The notes beneath the pieces are model-generated. The model worked only from the letters and a program-made list of their open reading frames with translations. It searched no databases and had not been told where the DNA came from. From Eledone cirrhosa (Eukaryota), in the NCBI GenBank assembly GCA_964016885.1, contig OZ024747.1, positions 9,176,001 through 9,240,000 on the forward strand: 64,000 bases of DNA, in the 5' to 3' direction. Both the position numbers and the translations under genes were made by a program. Below are positions 1 through 12,851 of this stretch, in pieces; within the stretch, counting starts at the first letter, position 1, and the number at the start of each line of letters is the position of its first letter.

Positions 1-548
1 GGCTGTGTAGGTAACACGGTAAAAACCTCCCAGTTCCACACTGTAAATGTGGTTGGTGTTAGGAAGGGCATCCAGCCGTAGAAAACCCGCCAGACAGTCC
101 ACGCTGTAATGTGGCTGTGTAGGTAACACGGTAAAAACCTCCCAGTTCCACACTGTAAATGTGGTTGGTGTTAGGAAGGGCATCCAGCCGTAGAAAACCC
201 GCCAGACAGTCCATGCTGTAATGTGGCTGTGTAGGTAACACGGTAAAAACCTCCCAGTTCCACACTGTAAATGTGGTTGGTGTTAGGAAGGGCATCCAGC
301 CGTAGAAAACCCGCCAGACAGTCCACGCTGTAATGTGGCTGTGTAGGTAACACGGTAAAAACCTCCCAGTTCCACACTGTAAATGTGGTTGGTGTTAGGA
401 AGGGCATCCAGCCGTAGAAAACCCGCCAGACAGTCCACGCTGTAATGTGGCTGTGTAGGTAACACGGTAAAAACCTCCCAGTTCCACACTGTAAATGTGG
501 TTGGTGTTAGGAAGGGCATCCAGCCGTAGAAAACCCGCCAGACAGTCC
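1..548 (+). repeat. 112-bp tandem repeat (~5 copies, cut by the window start)
   Basis: Period 112; the unit matches the RTE 3' UTR. Confidence 0.95.
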
Positions 549-1128
549 TATGCGAGCAAGACAACCACTCTTGTCTCAAGTGGGAAAACTCCCGTCCAAA
601 CCCATGCAAGTGTGGAATATGGACGTTAAACGATGATGATGATGATGATACCCACATGAGGGTAAGTGTTATACAGAATATGTATGTAGGGACCTGTAAC
701 TCCCAAGAGAGTCATAGGTATGCCACATTGACATATTTAGGGCATTTTTTAAAAAACCTGGCAGAGCCCCAATCTCCTCTCCATGTATATAGAATATATA
801 TAAATACAAATATCATTTTCTATTGATTATAATAAAGTTATAAAACAGTCAGTATACAGACAGTGATAGCATGTTGATTGGAGTATTCTGTTGTTTGATC
901 AGCAGATCAACTGACATACATACATATGTACGAACATACATACATATATACATACATACATACATATATACATACATTCAGTACACACCTACAGACAGTA
1001 CATGCACATAGACAATATACACATACAGGCAGTACATAGATACATACAGTACAAACACATACAGTCAGTACAAACATACATACATACAGCAGTACATGCA
1101 CATATACAATACAGACAAACATACATAC

Positions 1129-1204
1129 CTGTTAAGTGGAACTCATCAATGAAATATGTACGACAAGATTGTAGAGGAACCTTGGCTGAGACTTCTTGAC
1201 AAAC
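1129..1204 (-). CDS. DNAAF9: DNAAF9 coding exon 14 ([25 protein letters not shown])
   Basis: ctttttacag| ... |gtatgt, 76 nt; resembles VAQCVSPKGPLACSRTYF. Confidence 0.9.
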
Positions 1205-1413
1205 CTGTAAAAAGAGTTGACATAGAAACTGTTGTTATGATTGTTAAATACACAAGCAAGATCCTCTTCCTTCTCCCACAAAAAACATTAATAAGGTAAG
1301 CAAAAGAAACTTTGATTAACAATCAAAGAAACCATAGTTTATAACAAAGCGTTAACCTAATATATCCCTTCCATATACTGTACCGATTGTGTTGTTATTT
1401 CTGTTTACCTTTT

Positions 1414-1489
<76 letters not shown>

Positions 1490-4400
1490 CGTGATGAACA
1501 CAACCACAGAGATATGGTCTGAGTGTGGAAGAGCCGAACTCCCACTGTCATCGCCTCCATCTCTTTCGCCCTCCCCATCTCTCCGTACGGTGAGCAAATG
1601 GGGTCCCACGTGCTGACCTCCCCACAGCCCCCAGTGGACAGGATGGAGAAGGCATTTCCCCGGAGGATGGTAAGGGAGAAAAGGTTTATTGGGGACCCTA
1701 CGCCTGGCCAGGATCGAACTTCAGACCAGGAACACCGCCGCCTATGATTCCAACAACTAGGCTATTATGATAAGAATATTACAAGAGTAAAGTTTGAGCC
1801 ACCGACTCTATTTAGTAATGCTACTATAAAGACACTCTGCTTGTATGAGCCAAATATATTTAATATACTTCCTTATGAATGGAAGATCCACGATGAAGCT
1901 CAACTCGAAGCAAAGCACCATATATTAAAATATCTGTTATAAAGCCTGCTAATCTGCCAGATGTTCCAAAATATTTGATCTGTTGTTTCAGTGCTAAGAA
2001 TATTTTCAATTAAGCTCAACTTAATTGACTGTGTTAAAAACAATAACCACCACCACCAACATCACCATATTCAGCTCCCTCCCCACAATTACCTTCTCAC
2101 TCCCCCAACAACAACAACAATGTACAGTATTAAACTTACCACTAAAATTGCTGATCCATCGGTGATGTCATAGTTCATAGATGTACCATTTGAGGAAGAC
2201 AATGGGTTCAGTATATGATCCTTGCTAGCATTGGATGCCATCAAAACAAAAGGTTGATGTTGGCTGGTGGCAGTGATGGTGGTGGCAGTGGTGGTTGTGG
2301 TGGTGGTGGTGTTAGTGGTGGTTGTGGTGGTGGTAGTGGCGATGTGGTACAGCAACAGTGGGGGGGTGGGGGGGTGGGTGAAGGAGAGAAACAAGAAAAA
2401 TGTACGTAAGTAATAATAACAAAGTGATATGATGATATATATATATATGCACACAAGAAGAAGAAGAAGAAGAAGAAGAAGAAGAAGAAGACATTTACCT
2501 GTTAGTGTGCTGTAGCTGGTGTATGTTCAAACATGCATGTTTGTAGTAAGTCTCCAGTGGCTGCAACAGATGCACAATATTACTGTATGTTATGATGCAC
2601 AGTTTAGAGATTGTGGAGAGGGTATCTAGACAACCAGTGCCACACTACACCACAGCACAGCACCATACCACTACACCACAGCACCATACCACTACACTAC
2701 ACCAAACCACACCACTACACTAAACCATACCAAACTACACCACAGCACAGCACCATACCACTACACCACAGCACAGCACCATACCACTACACCACAGCAC
2801 CATACCACACTACTACATTAAACCACACCACTACACTAAACCATACCACACTACACCACAGCACAGCACTACACCACAGCAGAGCACCATACCACACTAC
2901 ACCACAGCACCATACCACTACACTACACCACAGCACAGCACACCACTACACTACACTACACCATAACACACAACACTGCACCACACCACCACACACCACT
3001 ACACTACAACGCACCACACAACACTACAGCACACCAGTGCACTACACCACTACACTACTACACACCACCACCACCACACCAGTACACTACACCACAGCAC
3101 AGCACCACTACACTACTACACACCACCACACACCCTAGACATCACAACACTACAGCACCACACCACCACAGCACAACTACACACCACCACCATATTTAAC
3201 CATCACTACACTACACCCTAACCATCACAACACTACAGCACCACACCACTACACTACTACACACCACCACCATATTTAACCACCACTACACTACACCCTA
3301 ACCATCACAACACTACAGCACCACACCACTACACAACTACACACCACCACCATATTTAACCACCACTACACTACACCACAGCACCACACCACTACACTAC
3401 TACACACCACCATATTTAACCACCACTACACTACACCCTAACCATCACAACACTACAGCACCACACCACTACACAACTACACACCACCACCATATTTAAC
3501 CACCACTACACTACACCACAGCACCACACCACTACACTACTACACACCACCATATTTAACCACCACTACACTACACCCTAACCATCACAACACTACAGCA
3601 CCACACCACTACACTACTACACACCACCACTACACTACACCCTAACCATCACAACACTACAGCACCACACCACTACACTACTACACACCACTACCATATT
3701 TAACCACAACTACACTACACCCTAACCATCACAACACTACAGCACCACTACACTACTACACACCACTACCATATTTAACCACCACTACACTACACCCTAA
3801 CCATCACAACACTCACCCAATAAGTAAAGATTCTACTTACTTCTCTGATTCTGGACTCAGTTATCTCCCCTTTACCTGATCGTCTGTCAAAACAGAAACA
3901 CGTTGATTAAGTTACTCCGGGCGTCAATAATGGCCATACAACGCATTATACACGTCTGTTGTGGTTGGGATTACTGTTTGTATATGTGGCTGTTTATAAT
4001 GCCAGTGTCTCCACTATGTGTATATGTCTGTAGGTCTCTCTGTGTGTTTGTGTGACTATCTATATCTGATTCTGAGTTAAAAGTAAATAATACGAAAATT
4101 GATATGAAAATAAAAATATCAAAATATGATTATTTTTTAGCGTATCTAAAGTGACAAATATGTTTGCAAGCAGATATAGGTATATTTATTTTCATGTATG
4201 TGTAAAAATGTATGCTTCTATTTCTTTTTGTAAATTAGTATATACAGGACGTTCCCCCAAAATGTATACACACATTTATTAGAACGTTGAAGTGTATACA
4301 TTTTTTGGACACCTTGTATACACACACACACAGATATATATATTTATTTATATACATACATGTGGCTGAGTGGTTAAAATGCGTGAGGTTGTGAGTTCGA

Positions 4401-7400
4401 TTCCTGGACCGACTGATATGTTATGTCCTTGGGCAAGACACTTTATTTCACATGGCCCCTTCTACCTGGAGTTGCAACAGGTAGATAGTATTAGCAATTG
4501 GAAACAAACATTATTTTTTCGGTCCGATATATATATATATATGCAAACAATGGGTACACGAGGAACTCCATTCTCTGCCCCAAATGCAAACAATGGGTAC
4601 ACAACAGATGTAGCGGAATCTCAGGAAGCTTAACTAAGAATGTAGGCTTCACATGTAGCAGCTGTGCTGGGGCAGCAAACAGTCACAGGAAAAAAGTACC
4701 ACCAATCTCTGGGAGGGCGCTGTAGAAACAGTAGACAGCTTCTCCTACCTAGGTGACCAAATTAGCAGCAGAGGTGGGTGTTCGGAAAGTACAATAACTA
4801 AGGTAAGAACGCGATGGAAGAAGTTCAGGGAGCTACTGCCACTGCTAGCTGCAAAAGGCTTCTCCCTCAAGATGAAAGGCAGACTGTATGATGCGTGTAT
4901 ACGAACAGCAATGTTACATGGTAGTGAGACCTGGGCGCTGAAGGTGGAAGACTTGCGTAGATTAGAAAGAAACGAAGCCTGCATGCTCCAATGGATGTGT
5001 AATAGTAATATATGCGAACGGCAAAGCATAAACGAATTGAGAGAGAGACTGAGCATAAGAGGAATCAAATGCTGTGTGCAGGAGAGGCGGTTGCGTTGGT
5101 ATGGACATGTGATGCGTATAAAGGATGACAGCTGCATAAAAAGGTGCAGAGCACTAGAAGTTGATGGAAACCGCGGAGTGGGGACACCCAAGAAGACCTT
5201 GGATGAGGTGATTAAAGCCGACCTTACCCAATTACACCTCTCAAAGGCGATGATACACGACCGTGACCTCTGGCGTCACGCAGTAATACAGAAGACCCGA
5301 CTCCCCACGGGTACAAGCCGAAGCTGAAGCATATAGACAATATGCCCCCACACCCTCCCACTGCAAAGTGGTCGTGGAGGTGCCATGGCAAAAAAGCACT
5401 CAGCCCACACTGTAAAGTGGACGTGTAGGCTCCACGGAAAAAAAGCACCCAGCACTCACTGTAAATGAGGTTGGTGTTAGGAAGGGCAACCAGCTGTAGA
5501 AAGCAAGCCAGAATCAGTTCCCATATGAGCAAGACAAGGTCAGCCGACCGGAAACTGCCCACAACAGGACAACCTGTCTAACCCATGCTAGCGTGGAAGA
5601 ATGGACATAAAATGGTGATGATGATGATGATATATATATATATAGCTGTATATCTCCAATTCAATTGTACTTACATAACATGTCTTGTAGATTGTATCAT
5701 CACATTCCACTGGTGTTCAAAACTGGGAAGATGCTACAGAGAGACAAAGAAAATTATTATTATTATTATTATTATTATAAAGTACCAGTAATGCACTGAC
5801 TAATTGCTGGCCTTGTGCCAAAAGTAGAAACAACTATTATTATTATTATTATTATGGCCCTTTACGTTCTAAGTTCAAATCCCACCGAAGTTAACTTTGC
5901 CTTTCATCTTTACGGGGTCGATAAAATAAAGTACCAGTAATGCACTGGGGTAATTGCTGGCCTTGTGCCAAAAGTAGAAACAATTATTATTATTATTAGG
6001 GCGGTGGATTGGCAGTCTTGGTAGAGTATTGGACAACATGCTTTGCTGCATATAGTTATATCCCTTCATGTTCGGAGTTCAAATCCTGCTGAGGTTCGTT
6101 TTGTCTTTCAGCCTACTGATGTTGGCTGGTGGCAGTGATGGCAGTGATGGCAGTCACTTAATGCTATGGGAAGCAGAATAAGCACTGGCCTGCTGAGCCT
6201 GTGGGCTTGAGCCAGATTTTAGATCTTTTAGATCCTGGTACGATATCACCCAGCCGCATTACACTTGATATGACCTACTCTCATTCACCAAGAGACCATA
6301 TCCTTAGAATATGCAGTTGTTAGTGTGATATTCTCCATCATGAAATCCTGATCTCAGATCACTCAAATCGTAATGTGATCCCTTCCCTGCACCAAGAACC
6401 ATAAAATACCAGTCCTCTACTAACCTTAGTGATGATATTTTCCAGGTAGGTCCTGTCCACAACAGAGAACAGAGGCTGAACTTTCTCACTGATGTCCTTC
6501 ACCTGTACAACACACAAAAACATATATATATATAAGTATGTATGTATATAATATATATATATGTATGTATGTATAAAATATATATATATACGATATTACT
6601 CCAAATATTTGTTGAGTGCTTTATATCAGTTATAATAATATTTGCTTGTTGTATCCCAACAATTTAAATAGAACTTTTACATATATATATATATATGTAT
6701 GTATATAATATATATATATATGTATGTATATAATCATCATCATCATCATCGTTTAACGTCTATCTTCCACGCTAGCATGGGTTTAGATGGGAATTGTCCC
6801 ACATCAGGCAAGATTGGTTGTCTTGCTAGTATGGGACTATCTGGCAGGTTTTCTACGTCTGGATGCCCTTCCTAACACCAACCACGTTTACAGTGTGGAC
6901 TGGGAGGTTTTTACCGTATTACCTACATGGCCACATTACAGCATGGACTATGTGTTTTTTTGTTGTGACACCTACACGACCTCATTTATTTAGGACTGGA
7001 TGTTGTGGTACCAACATAGCTTTACATCGAAAGGGGTGGTGTAGATGGCGGTGGGGGTAGGGGTAGTGGGACGGGGTGTATTTTGGTTAAGAAGTGCCTA
7101 CTGACTGTAGGTTTCGCTTTGTACTTAGGCAAGGCGGGTTTTCTGTATTATTGCGTAGCGCCAAACATCTCGGTCCAGTGACATTGTCTTGGAGAGGTGT
7201 AAGTGTGTAAGGTCGGAATTTATCAAATCGTCCCAGGTTTTTCTGGGTCAGCCTACTCCGTAACTTCCGTCAATTTTGATTGCCCTGCACTTTTTTATAC
7301 AGCTTTCATCTTTCATGCGCATCACATGACCATACCAACGAGTAAACAGCATCTGATCCCTCTTATACCAAATTTCTCACTTAGTTCCTTTATGCTTTGC

Positions 7401-8084
7401 TGTTCACGTATATTACTATTACACATCCAGCGGAGCATGCATGCTTCGTTTCTCTCCAGTCTGCGCAGATCCTCTGCACACAATGCCCATGTCTCACTGC
7501 CATGTAACATTGCTGTTCGTATGCAGGCATCATACAGTCTGCCTTTCATTTATAGAGAGAAACCTTTAGCAGCCAATAGTGGTATAAGCTCTCTGAACGT
7601 TTTCCATCCCGTTCTGACTCTGGCTACTGTACTTTCAGAACACCCTCCACCACTGCTGATTTTGTCACTCAGGTAACGGAAGGTGTCCACTATTTCTATA
7701 GAGCCATCTGGGCAATAGAAGGAGCTAGTATCCTGTGGGCGCTTGCTACTTATTGAACCTGAGCACCGCCACATATAAAATCTACGTATAATATATATAT
7801 ATATGTATATAATATATATATATATATATATATAATTATGTAATAAACAACAATACAATTATTCCATCTACCAAAGGTTTCACGAAGACAGGCGAGCTCA
7901 ACAGAGACATCTGAAATCGTTCATCAGATGTCTCTGTTGAGCTTATCTGTCTTTGTGAAACCTTTGGTAAATGGAATAATTGTATTGTGTTGTTTATTAC
8001 ATAATGAAATAGTTCTGTAGCATATATAGAGCACTCTCCCTTCCTTTACCCTTTCTACGGAAATACTTCATATATACATATATA

Positions 8085-8145
<61 letters not shown>

Positions 8146-8160
8146 TTATATATATACATA

Positions 8161-8241
<81 letters not shown>

Positions 8242-8246
8242 GTATG

Positions 8247-8297
<51 letters not shown>

Positions 8298-8752
8298 GGA
8301 AAAAAAAGGAGAGAAGAAAAAAATACAGCCCATGCTGTAATGTGGTTGGTGTTAGGAAGGGCATCCAGCCAGATAGTCCTATTGGTCACCCGACCAATCT
8401 TGCCTCAAATAGGACAATTTTCGTCTAACCCATGCTAGCGTGGAAGATAGACGTTAAACGATGATGATGATGATGATGATATATACATGCACACACACAC
8501 ACACACATATTTATATAGACACAGATAACCAAATTAATATCTAGTCTATACTTACATCATATTTCATAGTAAAGAAACCCTCACTGAAACAAACAAAAAA
8601 CACAAAATTAATAGCAATATATATTATGTAAACATAGAGATTGACAAAATAAGTACAGACTTTAAAGAGAATATGTACAGGGGTGGATATGATGAAGTAA
8701 AATCTCTTGAAGGTGGTGTCCCAGTATGGCTGCCATCCAATGAATGAAACCA

Positions 8753-8785
<33 letters not shown>

Positions 8786-11700
8786 TATATATATATGTAT
8801 GTATGTATCATCATCATCACCGTTTTACGTCCGTTCTTCCACGCTAGCATGGGTTAGACGGGTTGTCCTGTTGTGGGCAGTGTCTGGTCGGCTGACCATG
8901 CCTTGCTCATACAGGAACTGATTTTGGTTTGGTTTCTACAGCTGGATGCCCTTCCTAACACCAACCTCATTTACAGTGAGTGCTGGGTGCTTTTTTCCGT
9001 GGAGCCTACACGTCCACTTTACAGTGTGGGCTGGGTGCTTTTTTGCCGTGGCACCTCCACGACCACCTTGCAGTGGGAGGATGTGGGGGCATATTGTCTA
9101 TATGCTTCAGCTTGTACCCATGGGAGGTCGGGTACTCTGTATTACTGCGTGATGCCAGATGTCACGGTCGTGTGTCATCGCCTTTGAGAGGTGCAACTGG
9201 GTAATGTCGGCCCCTATCACCTCATCCCAGGTTTCTTGGGTCTCCCCACTCCGCGGCTTCCATTGACTTCTAGTGCTCTGTATATATATATATATATATG
9301 CATTGCTTTATTGTGCTACAATAAAACTCACCTTCTACACATTATACACACACACACATATATATATGTATGTATGTATATATATATATATATATATACA
9401 CATATATATGTATATATATATAAAGACACACACACATATATATACAGGTTTATGTACATGTGAACACTGACCTTTGGTAACTTTCATGTGCAAATGCCTG
9501 TACAAGAGGCCATTTTTCAATGTCCAGGAAATGGAAAGTCTCTGGTTCTTCTGTAAATACACAATGGATAATGGATATCTTGAAGAGTTGAAGTTTAATG
9601 GGATAAGATGTTATATTAAAACTGAGTTATATTATGATAACCCTCAGTTCCACTATGTTAACCTTAAGGTAGACTATATTAACCTCCAATACACTATGTT
9701 AGGCCTCAGTTTTACTATGTTAACCCTAAGTTATAATATATTAACCTCCAATACACTATGTTAGCCCTCAGTTTTACTATGTTAACCCTAAACTGTAATA
9801 TATTAAAATAATAAATAATAATGAAATTATTGTGTAAAGTGCTCAGGTGCACTACAACTCGTCAATATAGTACATAGAATAATACACAAATGCCAGGGAA
9901 GTACATGTTTGTATGTGTTAGCTGTAGTGTTGGCGGATCTCGGGAAGCATGGAGGCCTTAAAGGATGCAGCGTCTCGACAGCTAACAACTGATGCAGGTA
10001 GTTTGTTCCATGCTTCAGCAACTCTGAGCGTGAAAAAATGTTTCCGAAAGTCATGGGAACTGTGCTGTTTTCTTACTTTGTGGGCATGTCCACGTGTGTT
10101 AGACACATGGAAATCGAAAAGGCACTCAGGGTTGTTGTTGGCAACATGGTTAACAATTTTGTGGGTGTTTACCAAGTCAGTTGCCAGGCGTCGGAGCTTC
10201 AATGAATCCATGCCCAGGGAAGCAAGGCGATCAGAGTATGGTAGATGCCTGATGGAGGGTATTCGCTTGGTTGCACGTCTCTGAACAGTTTCCAGGCGGT
10301 CAATGTCCTGAGCAAGATAGGGGTTCCAGACTGGTGATGCAAATTCTAAGTGTGGTCGCACCATAGCTGTATACAGCCTTAAATAGATATCTGGAGAGCG
10401 GCTGACAAAGGTCTTGCTGAGTGATGCTAAGACACCCTCGGCCCTCTTGACAATTTTAGAGACGTGCCTCGTCCAACGCAAATCGCTGCTGACCGTAATG
10501 CCCAGGTGTCACGTTCACAGGAAGACTTCTTGATATTAGTGCTGTGGAGGGAATATGTGGACGCTGGGTTTTTACTCCCAAAATGCATGGTGGTGCACTT
10601 GTCCACAGCTAGCTTGAGTTGCCAGTCTGAGATCCACTGTTGCATTGTGTCCAGGTCAGACTGCAAGCAAGATCTATAGTGTTCAGGATCTGTCCTTTTT
10701 ATCTCAAGGTACAGCTTGATGTCGTCTGCGTACTTTAGTACTGTTAACCTCCAATATACTATGTTAACTCTCAGTTTTACTATGTTAACCCTAAACTGCA
10801 ATATATTAACCTCCAATATACTATGTTAGCCCTCAGTTTTACTATGTTAACCTTAAGTTGTAATATATTAACCTCCATTGTACTATGTTAATACTGAGTT
10901 GTAATGTATTAATCTATAGTTGTAATATGTTACAATAACTATTGTTATCTTCACTCTACATCACCCTTATAACACACATACTACCACACCACATAATACT
11001 ACATCACCAGCTTACACACCACTAAACTACCACCTAACCATTCCTGTAACATACCACACTACACCACCCTTATAACACACATACTACCAGACCACATAAT
11101 ACTACATCACCAGCTTACACACCACTAAACTACCACCTAACCATTCCTGTAACATACCACACTACACCACCCTTATAACACACATACTACCAGACCACAT
11201 AATACTACATCACCAGCTTACACACCACTAAACTACCACCTAACCATTCCTGTAACATACCACACTACACCACCCTTATAACACACATACTACCACACCA
11301 CATAATACTACATCACCAGCTTACACACCACTAAACTACCACCTAACCATTCCTGTAACATACCACACTACACCACCCTTATAACACACATACTACCACA
11401 CCACATAATACTACATCACCAGCTTACACACCACTAAACTACCACCTAACCATTCCTGTAACATACCACACTACACCACCATTATAACACACATACTACC
11501 ACACCACATAATACTACATCACTAGCTTACACACCACTAAACTACCACCTAACCATTCCTGTAACATACCACACTACACCACCCTTATAACACACATACT
11601 ACCACACCACATAATACTACATCACCAGCTTACACACCACTAAACTACCACCTAACCATTCCTGTAACATACCACACTACACCACCATTATAACACACAT

Positions 11701-12814
11701 ACTACCACACCACATAATACTACATCACCAGCTTACACACCACTAAACTACCACCTAACCATTCCTGTAACATACCACACTACACCACCCTTATAACACA
11801 CATACTACCAGACCACATAATACTACATCACCAGCTTACACACCACTAAACTACCACCTAACCATTCCTGTAACATACCACACTACACCACCCTTATAAC
11901 ACACATACTACCACACCACATAATACTACATCACCAGCTTACCTGTAACACTGTAACACACACCAATACATCTACAACCAGTTACCATGGCAATGAAAGT
12001 ATTTATTTTGAAGTCTTCAGCTTTATCTGTGTCTTGAAACTGCAATAGGAATATTGATGTGTATATAGGGAGAGCTTAGTACAGTAGTTACTATGTATAT
12101 ATGTATATATAGGGAGAGCTTACTACAGTAGTTACTATGTATATATGTATATATAGGGAGAGCTTAGTACAGTAGTTACTATGTATATATGTATATATAG
12201 GGAGAGCTTAGTACAGTAGTTACTATGTCTATATGTCTATATAGGGAGAGCTTAGTACAGTAGTTACTATGTATATATGTATATATAGGGAGAGCTTAGT
12301 ACAGTAGTTACTATGTCTATATGTCTATATAGGGAGAGCTTAGTACAGTAGTTACTATGTATATATGTATATATAGGGAGAGCTTAGTACAGTAGTTACT
12401 ATGTATATATGTATATATAGGGAGAGCTTACTACAGTAGTTACTATGTATATATGTATATATAGGGAGAGCTTAGTACAGTAGTTACTATGTATATATGT
12501 ATATATAGGGAGAGCTTACTACAGTAGTTACTATGTATATATGTATATATAGGGAGAGCTTAGTACAGTAGTTACTATGTATATATGTATATATAGGGAG
12601 AGCTTAGTACAGTAGTTACTATGTATAAATGTATATATAGGGAGAGCTTAGTACAGTAGTTACTATGTATATATATATATAGGGAGAGCTTACTACAGTA
12701 GTTACTATGTCTATATGTATATAGGGAGAGCTTAGTACAGTAGTTACTATGGGGTGGTGTTGATAATGAGGATGTTTACATGTTTACAGTGATATTATAT
12801 AAATACAAATATGA

Positions 12815-12851
<37 letters not shown>

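Noticed and set aside
850-910. Possible next DNAAF9 exon (VDLLIKQQNTPINMLS)
   Set aside because: The acceptor is phase-compatible, but there is no convincing donor before an in-frame stop and the similarity is weak.
1869-1979. 111-nt frame-preserving open segment (IKYFGTSG...HKE) between exons 13 and 14
   Set aside because: Poor polypyrimidine tract and weak gtatat donor. Exons 13 and 14 already align to the human protein without an insert. RNA-seq could overturn this.
4360-4420. tRNA-like A/B boxes here and in other SINE heads
   Set aside because: No complete cloverleaf; they continue into SINE bodies.
11981-11994. X-box-like GTTACCATGGCAAT
   Set aside because: It lies inside coding exon 6 (IAMVT codons) and is explained by coding sequence.
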